From positions 1-63,322 of the forward strand of contig NW_003314462.1 of the NCBI RefSeq assembly GCF_000143415.4: a stretch of DNA of 63,322 nt, given 5' to 3'. The notes under the pieces were generated by a model. It was not told the DNA's origin. It searched no databases and saw nothing but the letters and a program-made list of their open reading frames with translations. How positions within the stretch are numbered: the stretch's first letter is position 1; the number at the start of each line of letters is the position of its first letter. Positions 26,985 through 37,429 of the stretch are shown piece by piece. The position numbers were made by a program, and so were the translations under genes. The DNA is from Selaginella moellendorffii. Taxonomy: Eukaryota; Plantae; Lycopodiophyta.

Positions 26985-28828
26985 CCAGTCCGTCTAAGGC
27001 CACCCTCGACATCGCAGGACAACGGCCAGTCTCGAAGTTCGAGAACCGAGTGGAGACTGGAGCCGTACACAACCTCTCGAGCAGGACTCTCTCAGCTGCC
27101 GAGATCCGTCTCCTCTCCCTCGGCCTGAGGTACATCCCGAACCCGGCACCGCTCAGAGCCCCACAGATCGTGGAAAGCTCTGATGCTCTCTGCCGAGCCG
27201 TCCGACTCCGTCACCTCTTCAAGGACGACGACTCAGCCCTGCCGGAGTTCCGAGTACCAAACCCGAGCTTCGAGCCGCCTCCAGCACCAGCGCATGTGGA
27301 ACGACGCCTAGCACACTTGCGAGGCAGCCTGCTCCACAGGCTTGAAGGAGCACACAAGCCTCGCTCCTTCGCTCACGGTTGGAAGAAGCGTGCCCTCCGC
27401 TCTCTCGCGACGGACACCTCCATCGTCATCAAGCCCGCGGATAAAAACCTTGGAGCGGTGATTCTGGATCGCGATTGGTACACGAGGGAGGCTCTGCGCC
27501 AACTGAACGACCCACTCGTTTATGTGAAGGTCCCCTCCGTGCCATCCAAGGCCCTCCAGGAACGCCTCGCCGAGCTCATCACAAAGTACCGCAGCTGCTC
27601 GTGGCTCGACAACTCCACGCAGCAGTTCCTGCTGCACCAGCCCGCCGTACCCCGGCAGGCTTGCATGCTGTATTTTCTTCCGAAAATACACAAGCAGCCA
27701 ATAAAGGGCCGGCCAATTGCGAGCTATATCGGCACTTTGTGGGAGCCCCTCGCGCGGTGGCTTCACCGCCAGCTCTACGACATCCTGCTGAAGCAGCCAA
27801 CGTTTCTTGCTGATTCGCTCACGCTGCTGCAGGACCTCCTCCACCTACGGCTCCCACGGGACTGCTGGCTCTTCACGTTCGACGTAGAGAGCCTCTACCC
27901 AAGCATCCCCACACGAGAGGGTCTCCAACGCCTCCGCGACTTTGTGTTTGCCGAGTACGGCAACACCACACGCTCGCGGTTCCTCATGGCTGCGGCTGCC
28001 CTCGTTCTGGAGCACAACTACGTGGAGTTTGACGGTAACATCTACCAGCAGATCCGCGGCACAGCAATGGGCTCCAACTTCGCGGTGGTCTACGCTTGCC
28101 TCTTCCTCTGCTCTCTCGAAGCCGAGTACAAGCATGCCACCAACGACTGGCCCTTCTACCTACGAAGGTACATAGATGACGGAGTGGGCATTTGGACAGG
28201 TACACGAGCAGGCCTCGAACGATGGCTCCGAGGATACGGCACGCTGTGTCCTTCGATCAAGATCACCTCGGTGATCTCGCTCGAAGAGTTGGATATCCTC
28301 GATATCCACTTCTTCAAAGGCCCTCGCTTTGAAGAGACAGGCTGCCTCGACTCGTCCACGTTCCAGAAGCCGCTCAACGCCTACCAGTACCTCCCCTGGA
28401 CGTCGGTTCACCCACGGCACCAAAAAGTGGCATTCATCCGCAGCGAGCTCCGGAGATACCTCCTCCGTGAGAGCACGGCCGATGGATTCTACGCCATGCG
28501 CACGCGGTTCTACCACCGCCTCCGTGCCCGAGGATACCCGACCTCCTTCCTCCACCACTGCTTCTCCGGCATCTCCTACGACCAGCGACATCAAGCTCTC
28601 CTTGCACGTTCGCGCCGCTCTAGCGACGCCTGTCGACGGGCCCCCCTCGCCTTCAAGCTGCCCTACACACTCCACAGTGCGCAGCTAGGCTTGGGGGACA
28701 TCCTAAACCCTAAACAGGTGATGGATGAAGCTCCCGCAGACACACTCCCCCGAGTGATCACGTGCTGGAGACGCTCCCCGAACCTCGGTTCATTTCTGGT
28801 CAGGGCTAAGCTCCCTCTGCGAGCTTAG
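26558..28828 (+). CDS. PLE reverse transcriptase ORF2 (slippery site 26561-26567; track start 27050)
   Basis: Same RT motifs, intact. Confidence 0.92.
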   Translation, partial: PGKRTAAERGYWDSSHPFRCIGFFFEGDSAPDISSPAWFPRKECWTRWPSPFWPQQLPTAAPTLHDTGTGHLRSPATSRTFTDQRQQGSSHTQPSTSPWTEPDPCQPQEQDPSTTTPLSLALTFANRQSPREGNPQDYWSPLTSPSKATLDIAGQRPVSKFENRVETGAVHNLSSRTLSAAEIRLLSLGLRYIPNPAPLRAPQIVESSDALCRAVRLRHLFKDDDSALPEFRVPNPSFEPPPAPAHVERRLAHLRGSLLHRLEGAHKPRSFAHGWKKRALRSLATDTSIVIKPADKNLGAVILDRDWYTREALRQLNDPLVYVKVPSVPSKALQERLAELITKYRSCSWLDNSTQQFLLHQPAVPRQACMLYFLPKIHKQPIKGRPIASYIGTLWEPLARWLHRQLYDILLKQPTFLADSLTLLQDLLHLRLPRDCWLFTFDVESLYPSIPTREGLQRLRDFVFAEYGNTTRSRFLMAAAALVLEHNYVEFDGNIYQQIRGTAMGSNFAVVYACLFLCSLEAEYKHATNDWPFYLRRYIDDGVGIWTGTRAGLERWLRGYGTLCPSIKITSVISLEELDILDIHFFKGPRFEETGCLDSSTFQKPLNAYQYLPWTSVHPRHQKVAFIRSELRRYLLRESTADGFYAMRTRFYHRLRARGYPTSFLHHCFSGISYDQRHQALLARSRRSSDACRRAPLAFKLPYTLHSAQLGLGDILNPKQVMDEAPADTLPRVITCWRRSPNLGSFLVRAKLPLRA

Positions 28829-29666
28829 CCACGTCTTGTACCGCACTTTGCAAGACACGGACACTTATGCTTGCATCTTTCTCCGCGTACCCGATGACTC
28901 CCAGGGTCTCGCCGATGGACTTCAGGTATGTCCCAAGTCACTCCAGGCCACCCCCCTCTCGAGTCAACGCCCGGTCAACGCGGAGTCAACGGTCAGAACG
29001 GAATATTCCCCAATATTCCGACTGTATCCCTGTTGACCGAGTCAAAACGGCATATACCCTTGGATTCTGCTCTTCCTTCCGATCGTGAATATGTGAGTTT
29101 CAACTCTGAACTCCACACACGACTCGTGGAAAAGCATGTTTTCCATTAAAACGGTGCCGCTCCCTCGACATCGGCGACACATGCCGACAGCTCGCAGGAT
29201 GGCTCTCCCCCATGTAACCGCTGGACTCCGGGTATGTATGAGTGACCTCAGGCCCTCCACCATCCCAGTCCACACACGGTCAACGCGGGGTCAACGGTCA
29301 ACGACCGAATATTCCAAGAATATTCCCTGCAAAGTGAACCACGTTTTTCGCCCCCGGGTACGTACAAGTGACACAAGCATTGTGGACGTAACGCATGCAT
29401 CATATCATGCCGCGTTTACAAGTTATCTTGCGTCGAAGGTACGTCACCCGCCGGACGAACGCTTACTGTCTTCGGCGATCCGCCGAAGTCATTCTCCGCG
29501 ACTACCACTGCTGTGGAGTAACCAACACCAGCTGTGCTACGTTCGCATCCTCGCGAGCCAACGCCGCCATGCACCTCGCATGGCTGCCACTCGGACTCGC
29601 ACCACGTGACAGAGCCAGAATATAAGTAGAGCCGGCGCCGAGCTAGGGTTAGGGTAGACGTTAGAC

Positions 29667-29719
29667 GACTACACCCGGCTGATGAGTCCCAAAAAGGACG
29701 AAACCGGTCTCGGGTTGTC
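29667..29719 (+). ncRNA. Hammerhead ribozyme copy
   Basis: Identical motif. Confidence 0.92.
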
Positions 29720-29904
29720 TCTTGTCTTCTCCCTCGCTCGCGAATGAATGAAAATTCATTCTCTTGCCTCCTCTACTTGCTCTCGATCACGCCGTTTCGA
29801 CAACGGCACACGGAGAATGTGGATTGCGCAAAGTGGCGCCGCGATCTCGCCGGATTGCAGCACCACGGGGTGCCTTTGACCCTAAACGCCTAAACGCGCC
29901 TAAA

Positions 29905-30106
29905 CCCTAAACCCTAAACCCTAAACCCTAAACCCTAAACCCTAAACCCTAAACCCTAAACCCTAAAACCGGGGTGCCTTTGACCCTAAACGCCTAAACG
30001 CGCCTAAACCCTAAACCCTAAACCCTAAACCCTAAACCCTAAACCCTAAACCCTAAACCCTAAACCCTAAACCCTAAACCCTAAACCCTAAACCCTAAAC
30101 CCTAAA
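29905..30106 (+). repeat. (CCCTAAA)n spacer containing a 39-bp PLE 3'-terminal micro-fragment (29970-30008)
   Basis: CGGGGTGCCTTTGACCCTAAACGCCTAAACGCGCCTAAA between telomeric tracts. Confidence 0.95.
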
Positions 30107-31296
30107 CAGGTGATGGATGAAGCTCCCACAGACACACTCCCTCGAGTGATCACGTGCTGGAGACGCTCCCCGAACCTCGGTTCGTTTCTGGTCAGGGCTA
30201 AGCTCCCTCCGCGAGCTTAGCCACGTCTTGTACCGCACTTTGCAAGACACGGAAGCTTATGTTTGCATCCTTCTCCGCGTACTCGATGACTCCCAGGGTC
30301 TGGCCGATGGACTTCAGGTATGTCCCAAGTCACTCCAGGCCACCCCCCTTTCGAGTCAACGCCCGGTCAACGCGGAGTCAACGGTCAGAACGGAATATTC
30401 CCCAATATTCCGACTGTATCCCTGTTGACCGAGTCAAAACGGCATATACCGTTGGATTCTGCTCTTCCTTCCGATCGTGAATATGTGAGTTTCAACTCTG
30501 AACTCCACACACGACTCGTGGAAAAGCACGTTTTCCGTTAAAACGGTGCCGTTCCCTCGACATCGGCGACACATGCCGACAGCTCGCAGGATGGCTCTCC
30601 CCCATGTAACCGCTGGACTCCGGGTATGTATGAGTGACCTCAGGCCCTCCACCATCCCAGTCCACACACGGTCAACGCGGGGTCAACGGTCAACGACCGA
30701 ATATTCCGAGAATATTCCCTGCAAAGTGAACCACGTTTTTCGCCCCCGGGTACGTACAAGTGACACAAGCATTGTGGACGTAACGCATGCATCATATCAT
30801 GCCGCGTTTACAAGTTATCTTGCGTCGAAGGTACGTCACCCGCCGGACGAACGCTTACTGTCTTCGGCGATCCGCCGAAGTCATTCTCCGCGACTACCAC
30901 TGCTGTGGAGTAACCAACACCAGCTGTGCTACGTTCGCATCCTCGCGAGCCAACGCCGCCATGCACCTCGCATGGCTGCCACTCGGACTCGCACCACGTG
31001 ACAGAGCCAGAATATAAGTAGAGCCGGCGCCGAGCTAGGGTTAGGGTAGACGTTAGACGACTACACCCGGCTGATGAGTCCCAAAAAGGACGAAACCGGT
31101 CTCGGGTTGTCTCTTGTCTTCTCCCTCGCTCGCGAATGAATGAAAATTCATTCTCTTGCCTCCTCTACTTGCTCTCGATCACGCCGTTTCGACAACGGCA
31201 CACGGAGAATGTGGATTGCGCAAAGTGGCGCCGCGATCTCGCCGGATTGCAGCACCACGGGGTGCCTTTGACCCTAAACGCCTAAACGCGCCTAAA
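30107..31296 (+). mobile_element. PLE copy 6, heavily 5'-truncated (RT C-terminus and 3' UTR)
   Basis: Begins at the internal CCTAAACCCTAAA site of the RT gene. Confidence 0.94.
31059..31111 (+). ncRNA. Hammerhead ribozyme copy
   Basis: Identical motif. Confidence 0.92.
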
Positions 31297-31531
31297 CCCT
31301 AAACCCTAAACCCTAAACCCTAAACCCTAAACCCTAAACCCTAAACCCTAAACCCTAAAACCGGGGTGCCTTTGACCCTAAACGCCTAAACGCGCCTAAA
31401 CCCTAAACCCTAAACCCTAAACCCTAAACCCTAAACCCTAAACCCTAAACCCTAAACCCTAAACCCTAAACCCTAAACCCTAAACCCTAAACCTAAACCC
31501 TAAAACCCTAAACCCTAAACCCTAAACCCTA
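31297..31531 (+). repeat. (CCCTAAA)n spacer with a second 39-bp micro-fragment (31362-31400)
   Basis: Same structure as 29905-30008. Confidence 0.95.
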
Positions 31532-32964
31532 AGCACGGCCGATGGATTCTACGCCATGCGCACGCGGTTCTACCACCGCCTCCGTGCCCGAGGATACCCG
31601 ACCTCCTTCCTCCACCACTGCTTCTCCGGCATCTCCTACGACCAGCGACATCAAGCTCTCCTTGCACGTTCGCGCCGCTCTAGCGACGCCTGTCGACGGG
31701 CCCCCCTCGCCTTCAAGCTGCCCTACACACTCCACAGTGCGCAGCTAGGCTTGGGGGACATCCTAAACCCTAAACAGGTGATGGATGAAGCTCCCGCAGA
31801 CACACTCCCCCGAGTGATCACGTGCTGGAGACGCTCCCCGAACCTCGGTTCATTTCTGGTCAGGGCTAAGCTCCCTCTGCGAGCTTAGCCACGTCTTGTA
31901 CCGCACTTTGCAAGACACGGACACTTATGTTTGCATCTTTCTCCGCGTACCCGATGACTCCCAGGGTCTCGCCGATGGACTTCAGGTATGTCCCAAGTCA
32001 CTCCAGGCCACCCCCCTTTCGAGTCAACGCCCGGTCAACGCGGAGTCAACGGTCAGAACGGAATATTCCCCAATATTCCGACTGTATCCCTGTTGACCGA
32101 GTCAAAACGGCATATACTGTTGGATTCTGCTCTTCCTTCCGATCGTGAATATGTGAGTTTCAACTCTGAACTCCACACACGACCTGTGGAAAAGCATGTT
32201 TTCCATTAAAACGGTGCCGCTCCCTCGACATCGGCGACACATGCCGACAGCTCGCAGGATGGCTCTCCCCCATGTAACCGCTGGACTCCGGGTATGTATG
32301 AGTGGCCTCAGGCCCTCCACCATCCCAGTCCACACACGGTCAACGCGGGGTCAACGGTCAACGACCGAATATTCCGAGAATATTCCCTGCAAAGTGAACC
32401 ACGTTTTTCGTCGCCGGGTACGCACAAGTGACACAAGCATTGTGGACGTAACGCATGCATCATATCATGCCCCGTTTACAAGTTATCTTGTGTCAAAGGT
32501 ACGTCACCCGCCGGACGAACGCTTACTGTCTTCGGCGATCCGCCGAAGTCATTCTCCGCGACTACCACTGCTGTGGAGTCACCGACCCCAGCTGTGCTAC
32601 GTTCGCATCCTCGCGAGCCAACGCCGTCATGCACTTCGCATGGCCGCCACTCGGACTCGCGCCACGTGACAGAGCCAGAATATAAGTAGAGTCGGCGCCG
32701 AGCTAGGGTTAGGGTAGACGTTAGACGACTACACCCGGCTGATGAGTCCCAAAAAGGACGAAACCGGTCTCGGGTTGTCTCTTGTCTTCTCCCTCGCTCG
32801 CGAATGAATGAAAATTCATTCTCTTGCCTCCTCTACTTGCTCTCGATCACGCCGTCTCGACAACGGCACACGGAGAATGTGGATTGCACAAAGTGGCGCC
32901 GTGATCTCGCCGGATTGCAGCACCACGGGGTGCCTTTGACCCTAAACGCCTAAACGCGCCTAAA
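31532..32964 (+). mobile_element. PLE copy 7, 5'-truncated (RT C-terminal piece, ORF 31556-31888)
   Basis: Matches the unit and is joined seamlessly to copy 8. Confidence 0.94.
32727..32779 (+). ncRNA. Hammerhead ribozyme copy
   Basis: Identical motif. Confidence 0.92.
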
Positions 32965-34609
32965 TCCTAAACTCTCTGCGGTTCAAAAGCATCCAAGCGG
33001 GCCTCACCAGCTTTGCTTGGTTGCAAAAGTACATCCCACGCACCAAGTAAGCTTAAGTTCTCACATTGTTTCTCTTGTCTCCAACAGAATCCAGTAAATT
33101 CGAACAAGAATCTCCTAGAATCGGACCTCTCTGCCAATGGAAGGCCAACACAACTCCATGCATTGGCTCTGGAACAGGAGAAACGAGCCACAATGCCCCT
33201 CACTCCCCTCGCACGGGTCTGGCACAGCAAATCTCCAGGCCGGGCATTTGTACTGGCCTCTGCGCGCTGCATCCCACCGCCAGAGTGCCACAAGAATCCC
33301 CACCCGGAGCTGCTCACTGCCACTAAGAGTCTGGGAGCTAGCTTGAAATCTCCACTTAGCAGTTCTCCTGGCGTCTAGCGCAGCCCAGCTCCCCTGTTTT
33401 GGGTCCGGCACAGCAAATCCCTCACAAGGGCTTTTTACCTCCTTTGGCTTGCTGCTTCGGCACCACCAAAGGACCACTAAAAACGCCATGAGAATGCTGC
33501 CTGCCACTCAGAGCGCCCAAGCTGCCTAGACATTTGCCACAGAACTGCGAAGAATCCACCCAATCTGAGAGCAAACACACTGCCCGCTCACGTTGCTGCT
33601 CTCTCTCCCTTCTCGCCCATCCTCCACCGTCAGATCCCCTTGATCCAACGGCCCACAACGGTCAAGCACTGAGCGCAAAAAATTCTAAGTCCCCGCACTT
33701 AGTTTTTGTCTCTTGCTTTTTGTCTCTTGTGGCTACGGAGTGGGGAGCAACGGGAGAAAGCACGTGAGCGCAGCAGCTGTGTTTTTGAGCCTGCCAGACT
33801 ACGGCTTAAGGTCTGCCCTGCCCTCCCCTCCTCTCTGGAGGAAGGGCTCCTTCGTTCTGTTCCTCCTCGCCTGGGGCTAACCCAAAATCGCCACAGCAGC
33901 CGCCACAGCAGCTCGGCCCTGCCAGCAGCAGCAGCCGCCGACCCAGCCAACGCCAGCAGCTGCCGCGGCCGCCACAGCACGACCAGCTGCCCGCGGCTGC
34001 CACACCCAGCGCTCGGGCGAGCACCCGCCGCCCAACGCGCCGCGGCTTGGCCGGCCCAGCAGCGCCAAGCAGCACCACGGGCTGCTACGCACTGCTGCAC
34101 GCCGCCAATCGCCGCCCAGGGCCGCCCCACGCGCCCCCACGCGCGCTGGACAAGCACTCGCCGCCACAACCACCGCCTGGGCAAGCATTCGCTGCCCAAC
34201 GAGTGGCTGCTCGGCTCGGCCTAGCAGCGCCAAGCAGCATCACAGGCTGCTGTGCGCTGCTGCACGCCGCCCAGGGCCGCCCCACGCGCGCTGGGCACCA
34301 TCCCGCGCCGCCCAGTACCGCCTGGTACCGCCCGGCATCGCCCTGCGACGCGCGACGCCGCCCATACCACGCAGTACCGCCCGTACCGCCCGGCACCGCC
34401 CAGCGACGCCCGGCACCGCCCAGCGACGCGCGGTACCGCCCAGCGACGCGCGGTACCGCCCAGCGACGCGCGGTACCGCCCGGTACCGCCCAACGACGCG
34501 CGGTACCACCCGTACCGCCCGGTACCGCCCCGCGCCGCCCAGCGCCGCGCAGCGTCTCTAGCACCGCGGCTGCCCCCAGCACTACGGCTGCCACCAGTGA
34601 CGCCCAGTG

Positions 34610-37429
34610 ATGCCAGCGACGCCGCCGCCACCTTTACCATCTGCTGCTCTAGTGCCTATTCCAGACAGTCACGACGTCATGGACCCCTCACCGCTCATGC
34701 CACCAGGGCCAGCAGCACCAGGGAGCTCCAACCACGCCATGGCTACTGCAGAGACAGGTTACGCTCCAGTTCCTCCAGCTCCAGTGCTCCAATTTGAGCT
34801 GGGAACCACGTCACGAGCTACCTCGTCGCGTGAACACTCCCAGCTCCTCGCTGAGGCCATCTACGACGAACGTGCGTCGCACCGACCACTCTCGCCGTAC
34901 CTCAAGCGAGTTCTGGACACTAGACGTGCGTTGCGGCTCCGCACCACGCATGTCATCACGGCTCACATTGAGACGCGTCTGGAGAACCTAGAGCAAGACG
35001 ACACTCTTTCGAGTGTTGCCAACTTTTTCTGTAACGAGGCACTACGTTCGGCATTGCAGCGACCTCCCACCTCCTCTGACACGGCCACACCACAGAACTC
35101 CTCGGACTCTGTGGCGCGCAGCCCTGACATGAGCAGGCTGCAGCAGAGTATGAGACACGGTCCACACTCTGCTGCACAGGAGCGCTGCATGGCAAACACG
35201 GCAGCGTCGCCCGCGGTAAATTGCGACAGCCCGACATCGGAGCAGGAGGTTTCCCAGGCTGAGGGCACTGAACACGTGGTGCATGTGGAACACGCTACTG
35301 AGCACGTGGCGCATGTGGAACACGCTGCTGTCCAGCCAATGCGCCGGTTCCCCATGCCGGATCTGCCACGTGCACTTCGAGCCCCACGCCATCAGAGAGA
35401 CCTCCGCTCTTTTTACGTGGAAAACTTTCCACATCGCTACGTCAGGTCTCAATTCCAGGATGCGTTTGAGTCCCTCCTACGGGACCGTGGAGCCTACCCG
35501 CATGGGGTCCTCCCTGCCAACCCTGGCCCCTTGACTGCAGAGCCGAGTGCTACAGCGATGCGACGGATCTTCCCACCACCCGTGGTGCCGAATCCCGTTT
35601 CATCACCGCCCAGGCCTGCCCCTGCCATGGCAGCAGAGCAGCGACCCCCATCGGAGAGAGGCCTTCCAGGACCTGGCCCACTGCGACAGCCCTTGCGACA
35701 GCCTCCGTCACCCGCGACGCATGGCTCTGTCTCACGACCTGTCCAGCCCAGGCCCACCACGTCCCACCGACAGGAGCAGCCAGTGTCTACGCCTCCGCGC
35801 CCGACACCTTCGCCGCGGACTCGACGAACACCTCCTCACACCTCGATGCCAGAACGGCCGTCCACACCTCGCTCTCCGGAGGCTGGACCGCCGCCCCTGA
35901 CACCACGGGCCTCACCAGCACAGCGGGCACCCTCGACACGCACGACACGGACGCAGGCATCTCCGCGTGCAGCATCACAGGAGCTGCGACGTCCTCCCCC
36001 TGCTCCAGTGGACCCTCCGGTTGCTCCGCCACCGCGAGACCACCCAGCAGCACAGGGGACACGCACAGATGCTGAGGCCATCCCTCCCCAGCCAGAGCGA
36101 TGCTCAGGCCAGCCAGCTCCGGGACGAACGCCCGAGCCACCGGCTGCGCCACCTCCGCCACTGGCCACTGGAGCAGAAGATGGCTACACACTTGGAGGCT
36201 TCAAGAACATCGATGGAGCCTTCAACAGCATCCTTGCGAGCTCCCTGCGAGAATTTCTGCAGGAGTACAACACTCTGGTGTCGTCGAGATCAGCTCTCCA
36301 GGGCCTCAAGGACCTGAAAGAGCAGAAGAAACGCCCGCAGTCGCTCCGCACACGCCCACCGAAGCTCAAGGTGTCTCGACACGCCCAGGACGGCCTCACG
36401 AGCAGAATTGCTGAGGCGCACGAGCGCTACCTCACGGAGCTGCACGACATTCTCATTAAGGCTCGCGAGGACGAGATCGAGACACTCCAGAGGCTCGTCT
36501 CCTCGGGTCTCAGGGATCTCTTTCGCAGCCGACTCGAGGATCTTGTCACCTCCACACTCAGCTACTGCAGCGCCACGGAGCACGATGCCGTCTACCACCA
36601 CCTGCTCGCCCTCAAACAACGGTGTACCCTCAAGTTCCACACTGAGACATCGTTCTTTATGGCCGGCAAGGGAATCGAGCACCGAGCGCAGACGACAGCG
36701 ACGCGGCGATTGGAGGAAGCCATCGATGCGGCGAACGCCTCTGCGGATGCCCTCCCCAAAGAGCAGACCATGGCAGAGCTTGTGAACGCCGCTGTTACGA
36801 AGGCCCTCCAAAGCCAGCGACATGCCACGCCGTCGAATGCAGGAAAAAAGAAGAGAAAGCGAGAAAAGAAGAACAAAGCGCGAGAGCAACGTGACGGCAC
36901 ACCGGGTAAGCATGCGCAGGAATCGAGCAAGAGGCACCGCGTCTCCTTCGCCGCCAACGCCGACGAAGCTGGATCCCGGTCGGCAACACCCGCCCGCAAT
37001 GACCAGGGAAACGGACAGCGGCGGAACGGGGCTACTGGGACTCCTCCCACCCGTTCCGCTGCATCGGCTTCTTCTTCGAGGGGGACTCCGCGCCGGACAT
37101 CTCCAGCCCGGCCTGGTTCCCGCGAAAAGAATGCTGGACGCGATGGCCCTCACCGTTCTGGCCGCAGCAGCTCCCCACAGCGGCGCCCACGCTCCACGAC
37201 ACCGGCACCGGTCACCTCAGGTCCCCAGCGACCTCGAGGACGTTCACCGACCAGAGGCAGCAAGGGAGCTCGCACACGCAGCCCTCGACCTCGCCCTGGA
37301 CGGAGCCAGACCCCTGCCAGCCGCAGGAGCAGGACCCCAGCACCACGACGCCGCTCTCGCTCGCGCTCACGTTCGCCAACCGCCAAAGTCCCCGTGAAGG
37401 GAATCCTCAAGACTACTGGTCACCACTGA
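34610..37429 (+). CDS. PLE ORF1
   Basis: Near-identical to the other copies. Confidence 0.88.
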   Translation: MPATPPPPLPSAALVPIPDSHDVMDPSPLMPPGPAAPGSSNHAMATAETGYAPVPPAPVLQFELGTTSRATSSREHSQLLAEAIYDERASHRPLSPYLKRVLDTRRALRLRTTHVITAHIETRLENLEQDDTLSSVANFFCNEALRSALQRPPTSSDTATPQNSSDSVARSPDMSRLQQSMRHGPHSAAQERCMANTAASPAVNCDSPTSEQEVSQAEGTEHVVHVEHATEHVAHVEHAAVQPMRRFPMPDLPRALRAPRHQRDLRSFYVENFPHRYVRSQFQDAFESLLRDRGAYPHGVLPANPGPLTAEPSATAMRRIFPPPVVPNPVSSPPRPAPAMAAEQRPPSERGLPGPGPLRQPLRQPPSPATHGSVSRPVQPRPTTSHRQEQPVSTPPRPTPSPRTRRTPPHTSMPERPSTPRSPEAGPPPLTPRASPAQRAPSTRTTRTQASPRAASQELRRPPPAPVDPPVAPPPRDHPAAQGTRTDAEAIPPQPERCSGQPAPGRTPEPPAAPPPPLATGAEDGYTLGGFKNIDGAFNSILASSLREFLQEYNTLVSSRSALQGLKDLKEQKKRPQSLRTRPPKLKVSRHAQDGLTSRIAEAHERYLTELHDILIKAREDEIETLQRLVSSGLRDLFRSRLEDLVTSTLSYCSATEHDAVYHHLLALKQRCTLKFHTETSFFMAGKGIEHRAQTTATRRLEEAIDAANASADALPKEQTMAELVNAAVTKALQSQRHATPSNAGKKKRKREKKNKAREQRDGTPGKHAQESSKRHRVSFAANADEAGSRSATPARNDQGNGQRRNGATGTPPTRSAASASSSRGTPRRTSPARPGSREKNAGRDGPHRSGRSSSPQRRPRSTTPAPVTSGPQRPRGRSPTRGSKGARTRSPRPRPGRSQTPASRRSRTPAPRRRSRSRSRSPTAKVPVKGILKTTGHH

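Larger units (their letters stand above)
22554..29904 (+). mobile_element. PLE copy 5, full length
   Basis: Complete unit with both ORFs intact. Confidence 0.95.
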
